IMG/VR virus record: IMGVR_UViG_3300037408_000925
DNA: 64,000 nt
DNA from: an uncultured virus (IMG/VR IMGVR_UViG_3300037408_000925)
Lineage: Duplodnaviria > Heunggongvirae > Uroviricota > Caudoviricetes
Strand: one strand, 5' to 3'
Shown here piece by piece: positions 52,876-61,413 of this stretch. The notes under the pieces are model-generated. The model searched no databases and was not told the origin of the DNA. It was given only the letters and a program-made list of their open reading frames with translations. Each line of letters opens with the position of its first letter. The stretch's first letter is position 1. The position numbers and the translations under genes were made by a program.

Positions 52876-52895
52876 ACTCTATTAAACTTATTATA

Positions 52896-52924
52896 TTGAT
52901 TTTATTATGTTTACATGTTATAGT
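52896..52924 (+). promoter_or_regulatory. sigmaA-type promoter of the RAMP operon
   Basis: TTGATT-17-TATAGT with TG. Confidence 0.6.
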
Positions 52925-52962
52925 AATAAAGTAATAAATTGAGTAGAATAATTTAGAGAGGT

Positions 52963-53619
52963 ATGATTTGTATGACTGTAAAAAAAGCAAAGGAAAGTTC
53001 TATGTTAGTGGAGATTCCAGGAATTCAATTGAAAACTATTCGAGTAAAAGTAGTTGGAGTTACTCCTCTGATAATGCACAGCTGGTCTGAGAAAGCTAAA
53101 AAAGAGATGTTAGGAGTACAGACACAGGAAGTAAAAAAACCTAAAGAGAAAAGAAATCCTGTAAGAGATTTTATTGAGAGTATGTATTGGAAAACAGAAA
53201 TGCCAACAGAATTTACTATAGAGGATTTTGAAGAAGCTATAAATAACGGTGCAAAATTTCAATTCCCTTCTATAGCCTTTAAACTAGCCGCTGCTTCTGC
53301 TAGTTATAGAGCTAAAATGTCAAAGGATAAAGTATCAATTCTAGGAGCTTTTTACATTGAAGGAGAATTTGTTGAAATACATGGAACCCCTAATATAAGA
53401 GAAGATATGGTAAGACTTCAAGGAACCTCTGCTGATTTACGTTATAGAGGAGAGTTCAAAGAATGGAGTGCTGAATTAACTATAACTTATATGGTAAATG
53501 TTATTTCTGCTGAACAAATTATTAATCTACTCAACTATGGAGGGTTCTCTTGTGGTATAGGTGAATGGAGACCTGAAAAATCGGGTCAATTTGGTATGTA
53601 TAGAATAGAAGGTCTATAA
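52963..53619 (+). CDS. Stand-alone RAMP / Cas7-like protein
   Basis: First strand IRVKVVGVTPLIMH; FPSIAFK (cf. iPgsslK); C-terminal G-rich loop GGFSCGIGEWRPEKSGQFG. Confidence 0.7.
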   Translation: MICMTVKKAKESSMLVEIPGIQLKTIRVKVVGVTPLIMHSWSEKAKKEMLGVQTQEVKKPKEKRNPVRDFIESMYWKTEMPTEFTIEDFEEAINNGAKFQFPSIAFKLAAASASYRAKMSKDKVSILGAFYIEGEFVEIHGTPNIREDMVRLQGTSADLRYRGEFKEWSAELTITYMVNVISAEQIINLLNYGGFSCGIGEWRPEKSGQFGMYRIEGL

Positions 53620-53636
53620 TACCCTAATAAGATACC

Positions 53637-53982
53637 GAGTGTTTGTATAAACACTCTTGTACATGGTAGGTTGAGGATAGTTCTGGTTTGGTAAGTTTAG
53701 GTAAGTTAAGGCAGTCTTGGTAGGTTTGGGTGGGTTTTGGTGTGTTATGTTTTGATGTGTTGTGGCAGTCGTGGTAAGTCAAGGTAAGTTACGTTAGGTT
53801 CCTGTGATGTATGTTGAGTCTGTGTAAGTTGGTGTAAGGCAGTCGAGGTGTGTTAAGTCGAGGTTCGTTGATGTTGGTTTTGTTTTGGCAAGTTGATGTA
53901 TGGCAGTCATGGTCTTGTGGGTTAAGGTGCGTTTTGTTATGGCAGTCATGGTTTGAGTTGGTTAGTATGGATAACCAACTCA
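53637..53982 (+). ncRNA. Phased pentamer array (conserved triplet plus NN) bounded by hairpins; putative guide-RNA precursor
   Basis: 5' hairpin 53637-53656; units start at 53665, 53710, 53764, 53838, 53902 and 53941; 3' hairpin 53954-53982. Confidence 0.8.
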
Positions 53983-54000
53983 GAAGGGAGATGATATTTA

Positions 54001-54474
54001 GTGGTATTTCAATGGAGAGTAAAAACCTTTCCAGCAGATGCTCAGGTAGTTGGAGAAGTACTAACAGATATAGAGAAACGAACAGGAGAAATAAACCCTA
54101 AGACTGTGGTGGATGAGTCTAGGGATGTTGAAGCTCCTCTACATAAATGTTTTGAGTGGGATGATGTTGTAGCCGCTGAAAAACATAGAATAACACAAGC
54201 TCAACAAATGATAAGAAACATTGTGGTAGTAAGTGTGGGAGATAGTAATAATACTGAGGTAGAGCCTGTAAGAGCCTTTGTTAGTATAAGAGATATAGAG
54301 CCAAATTCACGTAGATATGTATCTATATCCTTAGCAATATCTAATGATTACTATAATGAACAAATACTTTTACAAGCTTTAAAGGAACTAGAAAATTTTA
54401 GAAGAAAATATTCAAACATATCTAAGTTCACAGAGGTTATAAGAGCTATAGATACTGTTCTGAAAGATAAATAA
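54001..54474 (+). CDS. Accessory protein co-transcribed with the RAMP gene and array
   Basis: GGGAG RBS; P..VV..SR....PLH.CFEWDD..AAE..R..QA...IR motif. Confidence 0.65.
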   Translation: MVFQWRVKTFPADAQVVGEVLTDIEKRTGEINPKTVVDESRDVEAPLHKCFEWDDVVAAEKHRITQAQQMIRNIVVVSVGDSNNTEVEPVRAFVSIRDIEPNSRRYVSISLAISNDYYNEQILLQALKELENFRRKYSNISKFTEVIRAIDTVLKDK

Positions 54475-54523
54475 GCACTCTGAATTTCTTTTATATATAA
54501 TAAAAGAAAGGTAGGTGAGCTTT

Positions 54524-54571
54524 ATGCCATGTAAAGGTGGAAAAAAAGGTGGAAAAGGTGGAGGAAAATAG
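54524..54571 (+). CDS. 15-aa basic micropeptide MPCKGGKKGGKGGGK
   Basis: Own TTATATA motif, AGGTAGGTGA RBS and downstream hairpin. Confidence 0.5.
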   Translation: MPCKGGKKGGKGGGK

Positions 54572-54881
54572 TACAAAAAGCAATGATAGTACAGAAAGTA
54601 CTATCATTCTCTATTTAATGGAGGCTATACCATGACCATTAGTTTTGGAGATATACTTTATAACAAGAACCCTATCAAAGGAAAAATGATGAAAAAATCC
54701 TTCTGGAAAGTCATAAAATATGATATACATAACAGAACCTACGAACTCGCTCAACTACATCCTAAAACAGGACAGATTATACCTGATATATCTTCTTTGT
54801 GTATTAATGCCAAAGAATTAGAAACCTTAATTAAGTATAATGAGATAGAAAAAGTCTAAATAGTGAGGCTGTTTTATTATC

Positions 54882-54910
54882 TTGACTTTTATATTTAATT
54901 ATGGTATACT
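54882..54910 (+). promoter_or_regulatory. sigmaA-type promoter
   Basis: TTGACT-17-TATACT; leader nearly identical to the 19933 copy. Confidence 0.8.
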
Positions 54911-55382
54911 TAAATAGTAGGGGAAGTATGGGGGAAAGTTAATTGAGAGAGGATGTGTTACATTATGAAACTTTTTATTATTACGAGTGGTACTAAGGTA
55001 GCTTTAGGTAATGGAGATGGAAAATTGAAGGTACATACAACTATGGTAGAGTATGTTTTTTCTAGTTTTGTGACAGACCCTATCTATTACTATAATAATC
55101 GAAATAATGATGATGTTATGAAGGAACTTAATGAAGACCCTACCATAAAAGAAAAAGGTAATATTGTAGCGAAATACTCTTTTGCTAATGAAGACATTGA
55201 TTCTGATTATAAATACTTATATGCAAATTACAAAGATGTAATAGTATTGTAGGTATTACCTGACCCTAAATAATACTTAGGGTCAGTCTAATAACTTAAA
55301 ATCTATAAAATAGATCCCACTAGAACTTTTTAGGGGATTTTTTATATATAACTTTAAAATACTAAGATAGAGGAAGTGTACA

Positions 55383-56117
55383 ATGTCAAAAGTAAATCTG
55401 TTAAAAGAAAGAGAAGCAAAAGTTACAGTAAGTCTAAAAAAGATAACACAAAGAGAAATAATCTGTAAGGTAAATCTTGTCTTGGATATTTCGGGTTCTA
55501 TGTGTGGTGCTTATTCTTCTGGGAAAGTTCAGAGTATTGTTGAAAAAATCTTTCCTATAGCATCTAAACTTACTCCTAATGGGGTTTTAGGGATGTGGGT
55601 ATTCTCAGATAAATACTTTAAATTAAATGACCTAGATATAAATAACTTTGAGGGTTATGTACATAAATTTATAACATCAAAATCTCTTATTGGTGGAGGA
55701 ACTTACTATGCTCCCGTAATTAACTCTATAAAATTTGACCCTCAAAAAACCTTTTGGTATAAACTCTTTGTAAAAATTAAAAGACTTTTAGGCTTTAAAG
55801 TAAAAACTGATATAAATAAGAAATTACCTGTATTTAATATCTTTATTACCGATGGAGATAATACCGATAGATGGGAGTCTGAAAAAGCAATAATAGATAG
55901 CTCGAAAACAGAAAACTTCTTCCAGTTTGTGGGGACTTGGGGAAATGAATTTAATTTCCTCAGTAAATTAGATAACCTTTCTGGTAGATTTATTGACAAT
56001 GTAAATTTTTTTGAGATATCTAATATAGATTCTATGTCAGAAGAAGACCTCTATGATGCCCTATTAAAAGAATTTCCTTTATGGTTAGATAAAGCCGAAG
56101 AAAATAATATTATATGA
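55383..56117 (+). CDS. vWA domain protein (TerF-vWA-like)
   Basis: LVLDISGSM...Y.SG.VQ, GGT.YAP, FITDG, FFQFVG, L.KLD.L.GR..DN. Confidence 0.85.
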   Translation: MSKVNLLKEREAKVTVSLKKITQREIICKVNLVLDISGSMCGAYSSGKVQSIVEKIFPIASKLTPNGVLGMWVFSDKYFKLNDLDINNFEGYVHKFITSKSLIGGGTYYAPVINSIKFDPQKTFWYKLFVKIKRLLGFKVKTDINKKLPVFNIFITDGDNTDRWESEKAIIDSSKTENFFQFVGTWGNEFNFLSKLDNLSGRFIDNVNFFEISNIDSMSEEDLYDALLKEFPLWLDKAEENNII

Positions 56118-56123
56118 GGAGTA

Positions 56124-56474
56124 GTGATATTTATGAATGTTAATTATATTGAACCCGAAGATAAAGATTATATGAGAGCTAGAAACTTGAAGAAATCCTC
56201 TGATGCTTCTAAGATGGCTCTAGTTATAAAAGATATGGTTAAACTTGTTAGAAGAACAAAAGCTGTTATAGAAGTTTGGGGAGGTCAAGCTTATGGTAGT
56301 GATATGATAGACCCTTTCATACAAGCCTTAAAAAGAAATGGGTTTACTCCTGATGAAATTAATGATATCACCAGAGGAGTAACAAGAAAACAAGTTTCCC
56401 CTATTAAAAATACTGAGAGAAGAGAAGTAGCACCTCTCTCTGATTTAAAAAATAGAGTAAAAGACCTATTATAA
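56124..56474 (+). CDS. Hypothetical protein with the C-terminal tag
   Basis: Ends RREVAPLSDLKNRVKDLL. Confidence 0.7.
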   Translation: MIFMNVNYIEPEDKDYMRARNLKKSSDASKMALVIKDMVKLVRRTKAVIEVWGGQAYGSDMIDPFIQALKRNGFTPDEINDITRGVTRKQVSPIKNTERREVAPLSDLKNRVKDLL

Positions 56475-56491
56475 AGGAGTGATTAATCTAT

Positions 56492-56923
56492 ATGGATGAT
56501 TTAATTTATAAAGTAATAAGTGAGAGTGAGTATAAAGCAAATACAAATGTAGATGATATACCTAAAGGACATGTACGTAAAAGAGATGAAGCTCCTTATG
56601 GTAGACTTACTGATTTTCTCTCTAGAGTAACTCGGAAGACAAAACTAGAATTGAATAGGAAATATAATGTAGCCTCATATGAGCCTAGAAATCTAGGCTC
56701 ATCTAAGTGGCCTGATTGGGTTAAGATTGTAAGTATGGATGAGTATATTTTTAAAAGAGAAACCCCCACTAGATTAGTTACTGCTAGTGGTTATCAGATT
56801 GGAAAGGAAAAAATATTAGCAATTATTGATGATGGTAAAATTGTTGATTACAACGAACTCCTTAAAAGGAGAGAAGTAGCACCTCTATCTGATTTAAAAG
56901 ATAGAGTCAAAGACCTATTATAG
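56492..56923 (+). CDS. Hypothetical protein with the C-terminal tag
   Basis: Ends RREVAPLSDLKDRVKDLL. Confidence 0.7.
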   Translation: MDDLIYKVISESEYKANTNVDDIPKGHVRKRDEAPYGRLTDFLSRVTRKTKLELNRKYNVASYEPRNLGSSKWPDWVKIVSMDEYIFKRETPTRLVTASGYQIGKEKILAIIDDGKIVDYNELLKRREVAPLSDLKDRVKDLL

Positions 56924-56927
56924 AGGA

Positions 56928-57680
56928 GTGATTAATCTAATGACTAATAAAAAATATGAGTTTGTAAAAGATGATACAATTGAAGTAAATGGAATAACCC
57001 TAACAAGAATAAAAGCTCTAAGGTCTTTTAAGTTTGTAAAAAAGGGGGAACTTGGGGGGTATATAGAAAAAGAAGATAACCTATCTCATCTTCTTACCTG
57101 TTGGGTAGGTGGAAAAGCTAGAGTGCTTGATAATGCTGTTATAGCTGAAAATGCTCGAGTGGATGGAAGTGTAATAGTAGCTGGAAATGCTAAAGTATAT
57201 GGAAAAGCTAAAGTATCTGGAACTGTTGAGGTATTTGAGGATGCTGAGGTATATGGAGAAGCTCAAGTATATGGGGAAGCTTGGATAGCTGGAGAAGCTG
57301 AGGTATTTGGAAATGCTGAGGTATTTGGAAATGCTAGAGTATATGGAGAAGCTTGGGTATATGACAGTACTAAAATATATGGAAAAGCTCAGGTATTTGG
57401 AAATGCTAAAGTATATGAATATGCTCAGGTATATGGAGAAGCTTGGGTATATGGAAATGCTTGGGTATATGGAAATGCTCAGGTATATGATAACGCCAAG
57501 GTATATGGAAATGCTGAAGTCTCTGGAAAAGCTAGGATATTTGAAAATGCTCAGGTATGTGGAGAAGCTTTGGTAGATGGAGATAAAAAAATCTTTGGAG
57601 ATACAAAATTAGATGGCAAAGTAAGAAAAGAAGTAGCCCCTTTATCAGATTTAAAAGCTAGAGTTAAAGACTTATTATAA
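56928..57680 (+). CDS. Hexapeptide-repeat protein, tagged
   Basis: Family N-terminus, repeats and tag. Confidence 0.85.
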   Translation: MINLMTNKKYEFVKDDTIEVNGITLTRIKALRSFKFVKKGELGGYIEKEDNLSHLLTCWVGGKARVLDNAVIAENARVDGSVIVAGNAKVYGKAKVSGTVEVFEDAEVYGEAQVYGEAWIAGEAEVFGNAEVFGNARVYGEAWVYDSTKIYGKAQVFGNAKVYEYAQVYGEAWVYGNAWVYGNAQVYDNAKVYGNAEVSGKARIFENAQVCGEALVDGDKKIFGDTKLDGKVRKEVAPLSDLKARVKDLL

Positions 57681-57761
57681 CTTACTTTTATCTTAATAAA
57701 TACCCTAAAAGTCTAACCCTAATAAAAGGTTAGACTTTTTTATATACAAAATATAAAGGGG

Positions 57762-58253
57762 ATGGTAACAATGGATGTATCCTTTGAATATACTAGAAAT
57801 AAAGCACTATACAAGATGATTATAAGTAAGAAAGCTCTTAAAGATGTTATAGAGCTTATGAATTTTTATAGAACTATTGAGAAAACTCTATCCATAGAAG
57901 ATATAGAAAGACTTCTATACATTGTTTTTGAAGATTATTCAGAAGATATAGATATTATAAGTAATAACCCTAATATTCTTTTTATAGAACTTTCATATAA
58001 TACTAAACAATGGGTAAGTATCGCTCATGAGTTAATTCACTACCTACAAAAATATCTTTACCTCTTTTGTGATGATTGGATAGAACCTATGGCATTATCT
58101 CTACAAAATAAAGTCAAAGATATTATATGTGATACTGAACAAAAAAATATGATTTTTAAGTTTGTAACTGATGATTTAGATAAAATAGAGAGTTTTGTAG
58201 ATTATAAATTATACTCATTTTTACATGAAGATGTCTTAGAAGACTCTTTTTAA
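57762..58253 (+). CDS. HExxH metallopeptidase-like protein
   Basis: IAHELIHYLQ...E..A. Confidence 0.45.
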   Translation: MVTMDVSFEYTRNKALYKMIISKKALKDVIELMNFYRTIEKTLSIEDIERLLYIVFEDYSEDIDIISNNPNILFIELSYNTKQWVSIAHELIHYLQKYLYLFCDDWIEPMALSLQNKVKDIICDTEQKNMIFKFVTDDLDKIESFVDYKLYSFLHEDVLEDSF

Positions 58254-58279
58254 TTTATCTGTAGGTTGGAGGTGATTTT

Positions 58280-58651
58280 ATGACAATACCACTATTTCTA
58301 GCTTTGCTCTACGGCTTCATAGTTATTTGTTTATCTTTACTATCTTTTGTTATTATAAAAAATATGAAGAAACAAACAGAAACTATTACAAACATAATGA
58401 CCTCATATTCTGATATTACCCTTGAACTAAAATCTCTTATCTCTAAACTAGATAACTACGAAAAAGATATCTTTAAGAGAGGAGAAGGTCAAAAAGAACT
58501 TGTTACATCAGCTCTTAAACATATTTCAGATAGAATGGAAAAACTAGAAAACAGTAATAAAAATACCTTATCTAAACTAGATACAGATATAAATAGACTC
58601 TACATGTACTGCTCTCGAAAAATAGAAAGAGAAAATACTACCTTGGATTAG
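58280..58651 (+). CDS. Single-TM coiled-coil membrane protein (holin-like?)
   Basis: N-terminal hydrophobic helix followed by a coiled coil. Confidence 0.45.
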   Translation: MTIPLFLALLYGFIVICLSLLSFVIIKNMKKQTETITNIMTSYSDITLELKSLISKLDNYEKDIFKRGEGQKELVTSALKHISDRMEKLENSNKNTLSKLDTDINRLYMYCSRKIERENTTLD

Positions 58652-58926
58652 GAGAACCCTATTATGAAACTTTTTATACACTCAAACAGATCTTTAAGAA
58701 TTATAATATATGTTACTATTTGCGTATTAATTCCTATACTACTCTCACTTATTTTAGGTACAGAACTCTACCCTCACAATCTCTTTGAAACTCTTATATT
58801 TTTCTCTGGAATATCCCTAACTTTCTTAACATCCTTTTTCCTTCTTTGGGAATTGCTTGTCTTATCTAAAGAACTTAATTATACTCTACAAAAACTATCA
58901 AAATTTTCAAATACTAAAATAAGGAG

Positions 58927-59589
58927 ATGATTCACATGAACTCTAATAACCTATCTACCGAACAAATAAAAGCTATTACTGAGATCGTAAAAGGTGTGTT
59001 CAGTGAACAAGTAACTAAAGCTACTACAGAAGCACCAACAGATAATTTTATTGTTTATGCTTTCTTAGTAATAGCTATAGTACTAATTATTGCTGTAGTT
59101 GTATTACTAAAAATCTCATCTAGTGCTACTGGTAAAGCTGTATCAGCTAGTATTGACCCTTATGTTATTCAACTAAAATCCCTAGAAAAATCTTTTGTAT
59201 CTTCACAAAATGTATATGAGAAAATGACTAATAAATTTACAACCCTTACAGAAGAACTTGTAAGGTTTCAAACCCTTAGAATCGGAGAAGAAGATAAACT
59301 TGAGGAAATAGGAAGACAGTTTAAAGATATGCAAAATAAAAGCTTGGACGTTATCAATAACCTATTCAATACCTTTAGAGAACATGAAAAAAATTCCTAC
59401 GAAAGACAGATAGAAGCTCAAAAAAATAGCCATAACATAAAAATAGCCCTAGTAGAAATGAGAGTCAATTGTATTGCCTCATATAGAAGAAAATTAGGGG
59501 ATAAACTAATAGATAAAGGCTATATATCTAGAACTCAGCTAGAGGAAGTACTACATGAACAAATAAATGAACTAGCTCAAGAAGATTAA
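58927..59589 (+). CDS. Membrane coiled-coil protein with a C-terminal MshEN-like motif
   Basis: TM segment; KLGDKLIDKGYISRTQLEEVLHEQ. Confidence 0.5.
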   Translation: MIHMNSNNLSTEQIKAITEIVKGVFSEQVTKATTEAPTDNFIVYAFLVIAIVLIIAVVVLLKISSSATGKAVSASIDPYVIQLKSLEKSFVSSQNVYEKMTNKFTTLTEELVRFQTLRIGEEDKLEEIGRQFKDMQNKSLDVINNLFNTFREHEKNSYERQIEAQKNSHNIKIALVEMRVNCIASYRRKLGDKLIDKGYISRTQLEEVLHEQINELAQED

Positions 59590-59673
59590 TCCTGTAAAAT
59601 ATCTCTGGTAAGGATACTTATATCCTTACCTTTTTCATATTTAAATTAAAATACTAAGATAGGACTACTATTC

Positions 59674-59702
59674 TTGACTTTTTTATTAGTTTATGGTATA
59701 AT
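59674..59702 (+). promoter_or_regulatory. sigmaA-type promoter
   Basis: TTGACT-17-TATAAT with TG. Confidence 0.8.
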
Positions 59703-59745
59703 TAAACTGTGGGGTTATTCTGTAATTTAGGAAGGGGAGTTTAAA

Positions 59746-60726
59746 ATGAGAATTAAATGTTTTTCGCATGGGGATTTAGATGGGGTAGTTTCAAATTTAT
59801 TGATGTGTAGATATTTTAATATGTTGGGGTACGGTCATTCTACTGAGACCTGTAATACTGGAAAAAGTATAGATGAAAAAATATTAGCTTATATTAATAG
59901 TAGGGAGTATGACGAGGATACCATTATTATAGTAACTGATGTGTGTATGTCTTATGATGTTGCTAATATCTTAAATACTCTACCCAATAAAAAAATCTTA
60001 ATAGATCATCATGATACCTCTCAAAAAATGCTTGGTAGAGGAAGAGAAGAAGGTACTGATTTTGAATGGGCTTCTATTCAAGAGGGTGATAGTGCTACAA
60101 TGTTAGTATTTAGATACTTATATAATCTCGCTAATACACCTGAAATGAAGGAAATGTTAGATTCTTATAAACCTTTAGTTGTTGTAACTGATTTATGGGA
60201 TACTAAGTCTAGACAAAGTGAGGACTTTATAGCTTGGAGAGATTCTATAGAAAATATCTTAGCTTTACAGAATGCTTTAGGGATTCAAAATATGAAAGCT
60301 AGGTTTCTGATTGACCCTAGTATAGAACTAACTGATACTGAAACTGCTATGGTAGATACACTTAAAAAGATTAAAAATAATTACATGAAGTATATGAACA
60401 TAACTGTAAAACCCATAACATATAAAGGACAAAACTGTTCTTATGGTATAGGTTTTGGAGGACTTTACCGATCAGAAACAGCAGATTACATCTTTGAAAA
60501 TAATAAGGAACTTCTTTTTGTAGTACTAATTGATCTAAATGAAACTAGAGGCTCTCTAAGAAGGTCAAATCACCTTATAGCCGAGAACTTAGATCTTACA
60601 AAAATAGCAAAACAAATAGACCCTAATGGTGGAGGTCATCCTTTCGCCTGTGGATTTGGTTTTACTTTGGATTCTTACTCTTCTATAATAGATACTTTCT
60701 TAAATGGTAACTTTTCTCTAGATTAA
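59746..60726 (+). CDS. DHH/DHHA1 phosphoesterase (NrnB/oligoribonuclease-like)
   Basis: H.DLDG, TD, IDHH, D.WD, GGGHPFACG. Confidence 0.9.
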   Translation: MRIKCFSHGDLDGVVSNLLMCRYFNMLGYGHSTETCNTGKSIDEKILAYINSREYDEDTIIIVTDVCMSYDVANILNTLPNKKILIDHHDTSQKMLGRGREEGTDFEWASIQEGDSATMLVFRYLYNLANTPEMKEMLDSYKPLVVVTDLWDTKSRQSEDFIAWRDSIENILALQNALGIQNMKARFLIDPSIELTDTETAMVDTLKKIKNNYMKYMNITVKPITYKGQNCSYGIGFGGLYRSETADYIFENNKELLFVVLIDLNETRGSLRRSNHLIAENLDLTKIAKQIDPNGGGHPFACGFGFTLDSYSSIIDTFLNGNFSLD

Positions 60727-61341
60727 AAATACTACTAACTTATATATACTCATATATTAATTTTTTAGAAGGAGTGAGTTTTCATGGGAATTTTAGCTCA
60801 GAATATGTCATACTTATCATTAATAAGAAAAGAGATTTATAATTCTAATAAAGAAGTCTTTGTATCAGACCAAATTCTACCTGTAATAGACTCAAATGAC
60901 CCTAAAGTATCGTTTAGACTAAGCTTGAATGGGGTAGAGTTAGATTTTATAGAAGAATCTTCAAATATAGTCCTTATAGGCGTACCTATCAAGGATATAA
61001 AAATAATAGGATTTGAATCACCTACACTAGAATATAAAGTATCTGATTTAAAACTCTTTATAAGACCTGACTTTAAAAGCACTAATAAATCAGATACCCA
61101 TATGATTCTCTTTAGATTCCTATTTTCTAAACACACTATTGAAGCTCTTTTTGATACAACAACCTCTACTGTAAAAAGATATACTGTAGGAGATATCTAC
61201 TCTTTTTCTAAGATAAAAAATACCCTAATACTAAATAAAAAATCTTTTCCTTTCTCTAGATACCTTAACGCATCTATTAATGGAAAACTAATTCTTCTAA
61301 ACTAAATAGTATTGCTATCTCATTATTTAGATTTACTGCTA

Positions 61342-61370
61342 TTGACATTCATATTAACCTATGGTATAAT
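61342..61370 (+). promoter_or_regulatory. sigmaA-type promoter
   Basis: TTGACA-17-TATAAT with TG. Confidence 0.85.
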
Positions 61371-61413
61371 TAAACTGTGGGGTAAATATGGGTGTTTTTT
61401 AATTTAGAGGAGG

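Noticed and set aside
53665..53954. Canonical CRISPR array or simple microsatellite
   Set aside because: There are no 25-40-bp repeats with unique spacers. The NN positions are too variable and the GGCA punctuation too regular for a slippage repeat.
53850..54101. 83-aa ORF over the pentamer array
   Set aside because: It has no RBS, low-complexity W/V/L translation, and overlaps the next gene. A 5-nt period is incompatible with codon structure.
6336..57576. Met/Leu/Lys/Tyr-rich alternative-frame ORFs and minus-strand ORFs over hexapeptide genes (e.g. 6336, 7127, 16069, 57307)
   Set aside because: These are frame shadows of the repetitive coding sequence and have no RBS.
6090..57680. ~60-bp tag-encoding repeats as CRISPR repeats or attC sites
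   Set aside because: They are in frame at gene ends, vary synonymously and are not palindromic, so they are protein-coding.
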